Source of the DNA: Gnetum montanum
Lineage: Eukaryota; Plantae; Gnetophyta
Length of the DNA: 64,000 nt
NCBI GenBank assembly: GCA_015680685.1
Contig: MNCI01001077.1
Coordinates: 675,037 to 739,036 of the forward strand
Reading direction: 5' to 3'
The stretch's first letter is position 1, and each line of letters begins with the position of its first letter. The position numbers and the translations under genes were made by a program. Of this stretch, positions 25,391 to 37,615 are shown piece after piece. Below the pieces are notes generated by a model. It worked only from the letters and a program-made list of their open reading frames with translations. It was not told where the DNA came from and ran no database searches.

Positions 25391-26547
25391 TGAAACACCA
25401 CAAAAATCTTTGAGTTTAGCATTTGTCTGACAAAAAGGAGATCCCCATGACCCACAGATGACTTTGGCTATATTTGAAGTCACACCGGACAATTTTGAGA
25501 ATCAAACACCTGGTTTTTACTAAGTGTTGTGCCAGCGTCTACGCCCAGCGTCTACACCCGACGCTCTACATACACGTCTCACGCACGCTCAGCAGGTGCA
25601 ACAGGAGCAAGAATTGAAGCAATTCGACGTTCAGCATCCATCAGCGTATACGCCCCGGCGTATACGCCAACATCTGCCCAGCGTCCACGCCCAGCGTATA
25701 TGCCCAGCGTATATGCCGGCCTGTTGTAGCGTATACGCCTAGCATATACCATGTTTCTAAATTGTAAACACCTGGTCTATACGCCACGTGTCTCCCAGTC
25801 TACTTTTCCCGGTAACCCTACCCATATAAATAGCCCATTTTTTCGCATTTTTAAGGTCAGAAAAATTTTACTAGAGCAGACCCAGAGCAATTACGCTGCA
25901 GAAACCCCTTTACGCTTACGCTTATGCTGGAAGTCCTGTACACCGAGCACAATCCGCGCTTCGTCTATTATGCCAACCAATTGCATCCCTGTGTCCACCG
26001 GGGCTCTACGTCCGCCTTGTGTCCCTACACGACTGCGTTAGACTGGTGCACAACATTTTGACTCTGTAATCCACTGTTTACGTTTGTTGCAAGTTCTTTT
26101 ACAGTTTTATGTTAATTTGGCCCATGCTTTGTTTATGCCTGTTTACGTTCACGCTCTGTTTGCGCCCGCATACGCCCACGGTTTACACCGTTTACGTTTG
26201 CTTACGCCCTACATCTATTTACGTTGTTTACGCTGTCCACACCTGTATACGCTTACGCTGTGCCTATATTTGTTTACATTGTTTACGCCCTACTCTGTTT
26301 ACGTCCTTTACGCTTATGCTCTGTCTACGCCTGTTTCACTGTTTACGCTCCGTTTACGCATAACCCAGTGTATAACACTTCGATGGCGCTTGGGGAAACC
26401 CTTGGCGCGTGCGGACCACCCAAGGTACCCTACCCTCGTGCATTCCAGCACGCCCTCAGGCGAAGGTGGGGTCTTCTGTGCTCACCCTGCTATCCCGCGG
26501 TCTCTGTTTCCCGTTCCAGCCGGGGACTGACGATTTCAAGCGGTACA
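25391..26547 (+). repeat. 5' LTR of C
   Basis: TGAAACACCACAAAA...GCGGTACA. Repeat of 34056-35244. TATAAATA near 25825. Confidence 0.93.
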
Positions 26548-26552
26548 AAATT

Positions 26553-26569
26553 TGGTGCTAGAAGGAGGG
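26553..26569 (+). promoter_or_regulatory. PBS (tRNA-Asn) of C
   Basis: TGGTGCTAGAAGGAGGG, 5 nt after the LTR. Confidence 0.85.
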
Positions 26570-26842
26570 CCTCCGCTTAAACAGTTTGACTACATGCTCC
26601 TCAGCATCTACGCTTATCAGCGTTCTCGCTGCCCCGTTGTCTACACTTTCGATTCTTCAGCGTATACGCTACACATAAACCCTAGCGTATACGCTGCACA
26701 CTTACACCAGCATTTACGCTACATACTTACGCTAGCGTTTACGCTGCATACTTATGCTGGCGTTTACGCTGCATACTTACACCGGTCGCATAGACTACGT
26801 TATCCAGTACATCAATCTCGCACACTCAAAACGTCTATCATC

Positions 26843-29590
26843 ATGAATCCCATAAACATCACCGCTGCTACTACCCAGAACGTTAAGATCTCAGACACAA
26901 CGGCTGCCCAGCAATCTATCACACAACATATGGGAGGGCAATCCACAGTGGGGCCCCGTCAGTCATTGAGGTTGCAACGGAGAGACCTTGCTGCCAACGT
27001 TATAATCCAAGATGAGTATAACTTCATTTGCATTAAGATGCAAGCCGGCCTGGTAGTTGATCAGGCTGAAATGGAAGTAAAAAGGCAATTTGAAATCTTT
27101 TACAGAGGGGGATACAAATTTATCCCTTCCCCATACGATGTAATCCCCATTCCAGAACAATTCTCGGAACTCTTTACGCAGCTCCTTCTGCACAGGAGCC
27201 AATCGCTAGACCAAATTACGGCAGATCCACAACGGGACGAAGAGGATGAATTCACTACCCAATCTGAGCATGAAGACTCCTACCATACTCTTAGTCCACA
27301 TAACCACATGAACCCCATCTTTAACCCAGATGCAGGGGAGGTCATACCCCTCCAACCCCCTAACTCTGCCCACACTCAAGTGCCGTTACAAGAAACATCC
27401 GCGTCAGCCCAGGTCCCTCCCCAGGGCAACCCTTTGCCCAACTCCTTCCCTTTTACAGCTGTGGGTTCATCCTCACAAGCACCACCACCTCACAGTAACA
27501 TGGGAGTGACATTCCAATCCCAAGTGGTAAGAATGCCACATGTTATACCCATGTTCACATCTGCCCACTACATCCCACATGTCCAAACGCACACACCCCC
27601 TTTCACTACCGTAACCCAACAAGGAGCCCCCTCATACAACATGGCCGGACAATGGCCGATGATAGGCACGACGTCGCAGCAGATCTCCCACCACTATGTA
27701 CCACCCCATACATTGCCACCAGCTCATGTGCCCCAGGCACAGCCGCGACCACAGCAGCAACAGCCTCCTCTTTATAGTGTATTGCCCCTAGTGCCACCTA
27801 CTGTACACTTCCCACAAACGCAACCACCAACAATGCAACTTTTAGCCTTTCAATCCACTATTCAACAGTCTAACTCATACAGCGTGCCACAAGCCCAAAC
27901 CGCCATGCTCCCAAACACTCAGGATTGGGCAGATGCTAAAAGAATGATGTAGGAATTAACCGACGAGGTAAAACGCCTCAAGACAGCCGCTGACGGGGAG
28001 TTGAAGGTAGTAGACTTCTATAGCGATGACCCCATCAGCTCTTTCGTCCCGCTTTTAACTCTGCCCAAAGGAGTCTCCCTACCTACGCTAACCAAGTACA
28101 ATGGGAAGACAGATCCTAACGTGCATTTAATAACGTTCAGGTTAGAGTGCGCACTGCTACAAGCATGGCCCCATGCAATTCTTCGCGTGTTTCCCATGTC
28201 CCTCTCGGGGAGAGCACTCGATTGGTATAGGGCGCTCCCAAGAAACTCTGTTTCCTCCTTGGAGAACCTACTACACCAATACGTGACCAGGTTCAAATAT
28301 AACCTGAAACCTGAGGCCACACTAGACAGCCTCATTCAGGTCAAGCAGACACCGCTTGAACTGGTCCAGAAATTTATCCAGAGGTGGAGCGCAGCCCTCA
28401 ATGAGCTGCACGAGGAAATATCCTAGACATACCAGCTCACTATTTTGAAAGGGGCCATCAACGATTTCTTTAAATCCAAGTTGTACTATCTAAACGCGCG
28501 TAATCTCAACCAAGCCTTTGAGCAAATTAAAAATATAGAAGAGGCAGCCCAAAACAGCAACGACTCGGCCTAAATAGCCTTTAAAAATCAACATGCTAAA
28601 AAAGATAAAGAAAAGGCTAAAATGACCATAGCATTGATAGCAGGGGCACAACAACCAAATAGGCCGCCGCAAACCCCTACTAATTACAACGAACCAACTC
28701 CAACGATTGTACAAGAATCATCGTCACAGAATAATCTAGCGAACCGCACACGCAATTTTGATAGGAAAGAACCCTCTCAATATACACCCTCGCCCATGAA
28801 GCCATCCCTGCTTTTTGATCAGCTCCTAAAGGCTGGTTTAATGCAGTATAAACAGTTGTCCCCAACGGCCATCCAAAGACATGATCGGTTCTATCAACTC
28901 ATACAGAACCCAAGCCTGGCAACTCCAGATGAGCCGCCCGTGTCCAAAGGATTCAGGATGGATTGCTTCTGCGACTATCACCAAAGAAACGGGCATGGAA
29001 CGGATTACTGCTTCACTCTGAAGTAGGACATCCAAAAGATGATTGACGATGGTAAGATCACCTTCGACGGGGCCAACCCCGTCCAACCGAAAAACCAGAC
29101 CATGGGGGTGTACAAAGACCCCCTGAACGCTAAAGAGACACCGTACGTAATTACCTCAATCTATTGTGATGATGACTCTAGCACACCCTGCATCAACACC
29201 GTCCATCCCGAAAACAAACAGGAAACATCTAACAAACCATTCGTGGTTCAGATTCCCCTCGCTAACTCTACACCTCAATCACCTCACGCCTCGCAGCAGC
29301 CATTCGTAATCCGGGTGCCCTCCACAATACCCACCTCTGACGTCAGCACACGCTGACAACCATACATAGTGCGCATCCCTCCAGCTAACCCCGCAGGTAC
29401 TCCAACCCCTCACGCTCGGCCTACCCCTTTCGTAGTTCGGGTACCACCTGCCGTTGCAATGACAGAGGCCCAGCCTCTGCCAAGACCAGCCCCATACGTT
29501 GTTAGGCTACCGGTGCAAACTCCTGCCCAATCGTATGCACAACCCCGTCCTGATCCCTATGTCGTAAAAATCCCTGGGCAATCCCAAAAC
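26843..29590 (+). pseudogene. gag: gag of C, truncated before the protease
   Basis: MNPINITAATT... within ORF 26552..27952, then 28001..28426, 28622..29026 (FCDYHQRNGHGTDYC) and 29039..29620. Collinear with A gag. Confidence 0.88.
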
Positions 29591-29659
29591 CTTCATATTA
29601 GCTTGACACTTGGCAGTTGACCAAACCAAACACGACATTTAGGAAACATTGCCACTTAC

Positions 29660-31283
29660 TTCCAGTGTTGGACTTTGAGGTTTCGCCCAGATCAGAAGCA
29701 GATGGGAAAATTGGTCCATTAGGGGCCCAGTCGGCATGCAACAAGCCATGCGCGGCGCATTGTTCAAACGCCTTTCAAAATCTCTTGGGGAAGTTCTTAA
29801 TGGCGTCCCTAGTGTGGGCCAAAATGGTCCTGCGAAGGGTGGGACCCACCTTGAACACTTCCATAGCAGTACGCGCCAATCCAATCCCATCGTTGCCCGC
29901 GTAGGCCCCATCTGGCGTAACTTTTGGCCTGCGGGAAGGCAAAAACATGTGTCGAAACGAGAGTAAGTATTTGAATGTGAAAAAGAGAGGAACAACCAAA
30001 GCTAAGACGAAATTACCTTTCCACCCAGTATACTGTGCCGGGGGGATTCTGAAACAAAGTGTGCGCGTGGCCAGCTAAGAACAATGTGTTGTTGATATAG
30101 TGGGGCCCCCACGGCAGCTGGTCCCACACACGTGTCAATGGATGGACAGACCTCGGACAATCAGGGGGAACACCCTCAGCGACAAGCGGCCCTTCATCAA
30201 TATCCTCCATAAATATTCTGATGCCCTCCGCCGCGCCAGGAAACATGGCCTCAATGATGCTCCGTGCCACATCCTCGCCTAGGTGAGATCAAACCACGAC
30301 ATTGAAATGGTCTAGCAAGAAGGCCAGAAATTTGCAGGCCCCGTCCCGGAACCAGACCCCATTGTGCTCAACGACCAAATTTGGGGTCGGGTCACCACCC
30401 TCCAAAGGACCAAACCATGTCAAAACCCCAACTAACTCAATCATTAGAAGGGGAGGCTCAATGTCTCTGCAAGCCATTGAAACAACACCAAAGATCAATA
30501 CTGAAAACGTCATTTTGGAAATTAGATATTCGCACAAAATTTTTCTAACTGTTACACTCGGCGTATACGCTGGGCATAGGAAAAACAGTTACGCTCGGCG
30601 TATACACTGGGCGTATGAAAACAGTTACGCTCGGCATATACGCTGGGCGTACGAAAGCAGTTATGCTCGGCATATACGCTGGGCGTAGGAAAAACAGTTA
30701 CGCCCAACGTATACGCTGGGCATACGAAAACAGTTACGCTCGGCATATACGCTGGGCGTACGAAAGTAGTTACGCTCAGCGTATACGTTGGGCGTAGGAA
30801 AAATAGTTACGCCCGGTGTATATGCTGGGCGTACGAAAATAGTTATGCCCGGCGTATACGCTGGGCGTACGAAAGCAGTTATGCTCGGCGTATACGCTGG
30901 GCGTAGAAACTGCATACCAAAAACTATCTACGCCATGCATAATACAAAAATTTATGCCGAATAGACTTACGCTGTGAAGTATCCGACTTACGCTTGGCGT
31001 ATACGCTGAGCGTATACACCGAAAATTGTCTACGCTGATATATTACTCTAAACCCTTCATGCTTGGCGTATACGCCGAAACCCTACGCTAACTGTCTACG
31101 CTACAAAGAAAATAGACACTAAAAATCAACGAAAACAGAGTCAAAGGCCTACCTGCCAGAAGATCCGGGCCATGTGGGGACGCTTGGGCGGGGTAGACAC
31201 TGCAGCATCGCCTCACTCTCCTCCGCAAACGTCAGTTCGGGTCCTTTATGTCCTCAGACTACTATTTCTTTACCTCTGCCCAT
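29660..31283 (-). pseudogene. First three exons (HAD-like part) of C's accessory gene
   Basis: ATG at 31283 (MGRGKEIVV*GHKGPELTFAEESEAML), donor GTAGGC at 31152. ORFs 30289..30537 and 30013..30270 align with A 17500-17012. Confidence 0.78.
30551..30910. repeat. Ten 36-37 bp palindromic tandem units in intron 1 of C's accessory gene
   Basis: Unit GTTACGCYCGGCGTATACGCTGGGCGTACGAAARCA, starting at 30551, 30588, 30624, 30660, 30697, 30733, 30769, 30806, 30842 and 30878. Confidence 0.92.
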
Positions 31284-31462
31284 CTCGGCGTCTACACCGT
31301 GGCTCATTTGGTCGGCGTCTACGCTGTGGTTTGCGTGCGTTGTAAACAGGGGTTTTCTCTCGGCGTCTACGCTGGGGTTTCGCTCAGCGTCTACGCTGGG
31401 ATTTTGCTCGCAGTTTATGCTCACGCTCTGAAAGTCAAATGAAAAAATGATGCCCCTGCTCC

Positions 31463-31472
31463 CCTTTTATAG
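31463..31472 (-). promoter_or_regulatory. TATA box of C's accessory gene
   Basis: CTATAAAAGG on the minus strand, in the same context as in A. Confidence 0.65.
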
Positions 31473-31814
31473 CGCGTTGACACTGACGCTGATGCCGCCG
31501 CCGCCGCCACCACTTTTCCATTTTTCTTGCTTTTTGTCTCATTTTTCGTGCTTTTTCGAATTTGCTTTGAATTTTTCAAAAAAGATATAAAATTTACACA
31601 CATAAACCATATAAGACACAAATTTTGGCATTAAACTACCGTCCATTGCCTGGTAAGGCATTAAACTGCCGTCCATTGCCCGGTAAGGCATTAAACTGCC
31701 GTTCCACTGTCATGTTAATCCATTTTCATACATGCACACTAAAGATTGCCACAAGACCTAAAACGACCTCCGCTATCTTACCAGGCTCTCCATTTATTGA
31801 CAGGAACTTGTCTA

Positions 31815-32780
31815 ATGGATTGCAAGCGCTTAACCAAGCCGTTGGTCATTGATGGACCATATGGCGCGATTGAAAGGAATATCGATGTGAATCTCGTCTA
31901 TGCGAGCTCATCAGCAAATGACACAACAATAGCTTCAACATAGTAGACGGTCAACGAATATGAGGGAATGACAAAGTCCCTCGACATTGAAGCTGAAAAA
32001 ATCACTGAAGATCCTTTAACCGAAACTCCCATCACCATGCCCGATGGGGAAATTAAAATTCTAAAGTTGAGTGCATTACTAGAACCACGTCTAGCTAAAG
32101 ATATCGGAAACGTACTTAGGGACAACATGAAAGCATTTGCGTGGTCTTATACAAACATGCCCGGATTAGACCCTCATATCGTCCAGCACAACATCATCCT
32201 TGATCCAAAACTAAGGCTAGTAAAACAGAAAGCACGAAAGGTCAAACCCGAGGTGGCATTGGCAGTTCGTAGTGAGATTACCAAGATCTACCAAGCTGGT
32301 TTCATTAGGGCTGTCGATTACGCCGAATGGGTATCAAACATGGTTATAGTCCTAAAGAAGAACGGAAACATCCGCCTGTGCATTGACTTCCGGGACCTTA
32401 ACGTAGCAACCATAAAGGATGACTTCCCCTTACCTAGCATTGATCAACTAGTTGACTCAACTGCTGGGCACGCCCTCTTATCCTTTATGGATGGGTTCTT
32501 GGGATATAACTAGATACGTATTAATCTAGAACACCAGCTCCGAACCACTTTCATGACACCTTGGGGAACCTTTTGTTACACAATGATGCCTTTTGGTCTC
32601 AAGAACGCTGGGGCCACATATCAAAGGACGATGACATATATTTTCAGCGATTACATCTTACACTCGCTCAATTATTATGTAGATGACATAGTGGTTAAAT
32701 CAAAATCGTCAGAACAACACGTACAGGATCTTGACTTAGTATTAAAACGTTGTCTAAAATACGAACTAAGGCTTAACCCC
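31815..32780 (+). pseudogene. pol: Truncated RT of C
   Basis: MDCKRLTKPL..., ORFs 31968..32513 and 32553..32801 (YVDD). Ends at LRLNP, fused to the 3' tandem array. Confidence 0.9.
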
Positions 32781-33080
32781 AGAATAGTCCTGGAATCATG
32801 ACTATAAAATGATACCACAGAATAGTCCTGGAATCATGACTATAAACTGATACCACAGAATAGTCCTGGAATCACGACTAAAAATCGATACCACAGAATA
32901 GTACAGGATTATGACTTTAAACTAACACCACGGAGTCCACTAAGACTATAAACTAGCTCGTCTCTTCATGGTCCGCTAAGACTAAAAACTGGCAACGTAA
33001 CGTCTGCCACGACGCTAAACAGGCAATGTCCAACGGATTACGACACAAAACTAACCCATAATAGTCTGCTAAGACTATAA
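32780..33080 (+). repeat. ~38-bp tandem repeats, 3' region of C
   Basis: CAGAATAGTCCTGGAATCATGACTATAAACTGATACCA, 3-4 copies, then decayed units. Confidence 0.85.
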
Positions 33081-34055
33081 AATGGCATGTTCATCTTCGA
33101 CTCCTCACTCCACAGCCACATTCATTCATCAAAATTGTTGCATCCCTCATCAGCATCGTCAACATTCGCATTCAATGCTCAGAATCGCCCCAATATTTTT
33201 GTTCACCTGCAGCTGTTTAAATCTAAACTCATTAATTCACTCATGGTTTTCTTGTCTCTTTGGAGTTGTGTTTACAGGATGAAACTCGGAATTTCTCATA
33301 CGAGTGTGTGTCTCATCATTGGCAGCAAGATGAGGCAATGTCCATTCGTCCACCTGGCAAGACTAAATCAAACTGTTAACCCGCACATTTCCATTCCCCG
33401 AAAACCCACTATCTGTTTGCCAAACTATTGCACATTGCAAAACGTTACAGCAGTCGCAATACACAAAACACAATGTTCACGCATGAGTACAAGGACAAAT
33501 TTGAAAAAAAAACGGGACCCTTGGCACTTCCCATATAAGCCCCAGACGGGAAGGTATCGGTCTTGAAAATACGTACTCATGTGAAAAGCAGTCAAGAAAC
33601 ATCCTATCACATGGCTTTGGCTCTTCGCTAACAGTTTCCCCAAAGAAGGGAGCTGTTCCTCCAAAGAATGCAAAACATCACCCTGTGGCTTTGATAGTGA
33701 CAACCGGTTCTCTTGAAAAATCACAAAGAGCACTATTCTGCCAAAGGACGCACATCACATGCTTGGATTCTGAGTCTGCCAAAAGATGGCTATCGACAAG
33801 GACCGGCATGGTGCATCCCTGAACATCCCACTTCCCCAGTATGATCCCTTGGGTAGTCACTGATCCCCATGATCCCTTCCCTCCTACCAGTTACCAATCT
33901 CACACTTTCAATCCCATTCATCACTGAACACGGTACGATGATGTCTGGTCAAGTGGCAAGGGACAAAGCTTTTATCAAGTTGCTTGTGGTGTTTTGTGCT
34001 TCTTTGTCGACGCTTCTCGGGTCGATTCCTCCAAGCGTCAACAAAGAGGGGCCAA

Positions 34056-35244
34056 TGAAACACCACAAAAATCTTTGAGTTTAGCATTTGTCTGAAAAAA
34101 AGAAGATCCCCATGACCCACAGATGACTTTGGCTACATTTGAAGTCACACTGGGAAATTTTGAGAATCAAACACCTGGTTTTTACTAAGTGTTGTGCCAG
34201 CGTCTACGCCCAACGTCTACGCCCAGCGTCTATGCCCGATGCTCTGCATACATGTCTCACACACGCTCAGCAGGTGCAACAGGAGCAAGAATTGAAGCAA
34301 GTCGACGTTCAGCATCCATCAGCGGATACGCCCCGGCGTATATGCCAACATCCGCCCAGCGTCTATGCCCAACGTCTACGCCCAGCGTCTACGCCCAGTG
34401 TATACGCCAACCTGTTGAAGCGTATACGCCCAGCGTATACCATGTTTCTAAATTGTAAATGCCCGGTCTATATGCCACGTGTCTGCCAGTCTGCTTTTCC
34501 CGGTAACCCTACCCCTATAAATAGCCTAGTTTTCCGCATTTTTAAGGTTGGAAAAATTTTACTAGAGTAGACCCAGAGCAATTACGCTGCAGAAACCCCT
34601 TTACACTTACGCTTACACTGGAAGTCTTGTATGTCGAGCACAATCCGCGCTCCGCCTACCGTGCCAACTAGTTGCGTCCCTGCATCCACCGGGGCTCTAC
34701 GTCCGCCTTGTGTCCCTACACGATTGCATTAGACCGGTGCACAACATTTTGACTCTGTAATCCACTGTTTACGTTTGTTGCAAGTTCTTTTACAGTTTTA
34801 CGTTAATTTGGCCGACGCTTCGTTTACGCCTGTTTACGTTCACGCTCCGTTTGCGCCCGCATATGCCCATTGTTTACACCGTTTACGTTTGCTTATGCCC
34901 TACATCTATTTACATTGTTTACGCTGTCCACGCCTGTATACGCTTACGCTGTGCCTATATTTGTTTACGCTGTTTACGCCCTACTCTATTTACGTCCTTT
35001 ATGCTTACGCTCTGTCTATGCTTGTTTCACTGTTTACGCTCTGTTTACGCATAACCCAGCGTATAACACTTCGGTGGCGCTCGGGGAAACCCTTCTTTGA
35101 TCCGCGTGCAGACCACCCAAGGTACCCTACCTTCGTGCATTCCAGCACGCCCTCAGGCGAAGGTGGGATCTTCTGTGCTCACCCTACGATCCCGCGGTCT
35201 CTATTTCCCGTTCCAACCAGGGACCAACGATTTCAGGCGGTACA
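34056..35244 (+). repeat. 3' LTR of C
   Basis: Repeat of 25391-26547, followed by the TSD. Confidence 0.93.
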
Positions 35245-35810
35245 AAAGGCTTATTGTCTCATAGGATTCTAGAGGAACTGTCGAGGTGACCGATCTACAC
35301 CACACGAAGCATAAACAACCACAAAGGGTGTCGACTCTACGCTAATGCAAGTTGGGGTGTGGAAGGCATATGATACTACCGTAAGATGAGAAAATTAACT
35401 AGCGACTAGGTAAGTTTTGTGTCTCGTAGGATCCTAGAGTGACCGTCAAGGTGACCGATCTATACCACATGGAATGGGATACAGAACATAGGCAAGACAA
35501 CTGTAGGATGGGCAAGCTAGCTAGCAATTAGGCAGGCTTTATGTCTCGCAGGGCCCCGAAGGGACCATCTAGGTGACCGGTTTGCACCACATGAGATGGA
35601 GTGCAGCATGCATGCAAGACAACCATAGAATGAGCTAGTTAACTAGTGATCAGAGGCCTTGTGTTATGTAGGGCTTTGGGGGAACCATCGGGGTGACCGA
35701 TCTGCACCGCACAGAGCACAAACAACCACAAGAGGGTGTCACATCTACGTTCGTGTGTATCAAGGTGAAGAAGGTTCATAGAACTACTGTGACACATGGC
35801 AAAGGCACCA
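35245..35810 (-). repeat. 5'UTR tandem repeats of B (one more unit at 25220-25390)
   Basis: Recurring GGCTTTATGTC...GGGACCATCGAGGTGACCGATCTGCACCAC core every ~120-170 bp. Confidence 0.75.
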
Positions 35811-35815
35811 AAAGT

Positions 35816-35832
35816 CCCTACTTCTAGTGCCA
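35816..35832 (-). promoter_or_regulatory. PBS (tRNA-Asn, degenerate) of B
   Basis: TGGCACTAGAAGTAGGG on the minus strand, 6 nt after the LTR end at 35839. Confidence 0.8.
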
Positions 35833-35838
35833 AAAAAT

Positions 35839-37615
35839 TGTAGTAATCGAAAATGTTGGAGGCTAGAAGAACATCAGGGTCGACAGACATAACAGTTCCA
35901 ACCCCGTGCCCACGGCAGGGCAGTGCTAGGTGTGTGCAAACATGAGATGCCCTGAATGATCTTGTCGATCAGACAGGTACTTACATTGGCATCAATATAG
36001 CCTTTTGCAATATAAATTTTACGAATTGTGAAATAGTGCTTATAGGTAGATGCAGTAAGAAAAAAATGAAACTCTAAAAATGCAACAGTAATGTGAAATA
36101 ATCAATAAAGTAGAGATGCGATGGTAATAAGAAGTGATGCTGAACAAGAGAAACGTAAATGCGGTAGTAATATGAGATGGTGCTTGAAGGTAAATAAGAT
36201 AGAAAATAATACAAGAAAGCTAGATAGTAAATGAGAGGTGAAGTAAGATATGATTAGAAACATTCACCGCTTCAGAGCTACAAACTCGCTTGGTCAGGGT
36301 GGATACAATCAGTTGCACAGCGTGATGGAGTGCAGAAATCCAGAGAGTAACCAAGGCGTGTCGAGCAAAAAGAGCTATGTGCTTGGATGTGGACTTGGGT
36401 ACAAACAATGCAGGGTTGTACCAAGGTGGTAGAATGGAGATGGAACCCCATGCCAGATGAGAGAGACTCATTGTTTACAGTGTTAAATAGATAACTTTGA
36501 TGTTACAATGCTAGAGAGAGGAGAATTCTTTGTTCCAAAATTCCAAAGTTCCCACCCCTTGGAAGATTTTTGCTTTAAAAAGGATATGAACTCCTTTGAA
36601 ATTACCAACCTTTAAAAATTGTAGACATTTTTCATGCTTTTTGCTGAGCTATTTATAGGACCAAGGGCATGCAAAAGGGATGGTTTGAATGCTACATGCC
36701 TTGGGCCTTCGTTGTCTTGCTGGCACCACTCGTGCCATTTGTGACCATTGGACCTACAAGATAGTTGCGATGCGAAACTATGTGTAGTAAGTACAATCCT
36801 ACTATGTTGTAATTGTGCCATCAGCATCTAGAGATGTGTAACAATGGTCTGATTATGTGGAGTGCATTGATGTCACACAACCACCTGCATGTCTTGCTAT
36901 GCTTTGTGACGTAGCATGCTTGGTGTAGCATAGCATTTTATCACGTGTTCTACTATATGTCACATGCTTGCTATGCTATGCTACGCTATGTAGCATAGCT
37001 TAGTGTAGCAACTGGCCTTAGTCGTGAAAGCTTTGCAGATTTGCAAACCTTGTCTCTTGCGATGTAGGTCTTGCGAACTCCGTTGACTCCCCCTTTCAAA
37101 CTACCTTTTGTTTCTTTCATAGGATTGCTACGCCTTGCTGCACCATGTAGCTCAGCGTAGCATAGGAGCAGACATGGTCCACCACTTCCTAATGGAAAGG
37201 GACATCATTGCATAACTCGAAATCGGGCGAGGTGAGTGGGTACTGAAGTTGTTACCATGCTACGTTGCATGGCGTATCCTAGTGTAGGACTTCATTTCGC
37301 CATCATCTTTTGAAGTTTGCTATGCTACATAGCGTAGTAGGCTTCGTGACCTAGAAAACTTACTGAACTATTTTTTGCACATCCAGAATGCTGCTGCTGA
37401 CTCCGTGCATTACTTTTGAATAGGCCATCAACTAGGCGGGCTACATTGGTGGATAGGAGGGATGATGTGGAGCTTATCCATGTCCAAAGTAGAAAATCTA
37501 CCTAACTAGCTAGTCTGAACTCAGAATGTTCTTCTCCTAAAGAACTGCCATAGTGCTACATGGATTTCCATGCTTGGTGAAGCAAGAATGACCTCGCATT
37601 TTTTGGAGTGTTTCA
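35839..37615 (-). repeat. LTR shared by D (as 3' LTR) and B (as 5' LTR), ~1.8 kb
   Basis: Minus strand TGAAACACTCC...ACTACA. Homologous to 52429-54120. PPT AAAGAGGG at ~37621-37628 before it and a PBS after it. Confidence 0.9.

Larger units (their letters stand above)
25391..35244 (+). mobile_element. Element C: internally deleted relative of A, inserted in the 5'UTR of B
   Basis: Perfect TSD AAAGG (25386-25390 and 35245-35249), paired LTRs, PBS 26553-26569, PPT AAAGAGGGG ~34043-34051. Lacks PR, most accessory exons, RH, aRH and INT. Confidence 0.92.
254..37615 (-). mobile_element. Element B: Tat-lineage Ty3/gypsy LTR retrotransposon, host of A and C; 3' part lies left of the window
   Basis: LTR 37615-35839, PBS 35832-35816, 5'UTR repeats, gag start ~25151, gag-PR 7563-~4100, then the accessory gene. 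Sequence is continuous across both insertions when aligned with D (51170-51260). Confidence 0.85.

Noticed and set aside
30551-30910. CRISPR-like array of palindromic repeats
   Set aside because: Linkers are only 10-11 nt and nearly identical, there are no cas genes, and the array lies in an intron of a plant retroelement.
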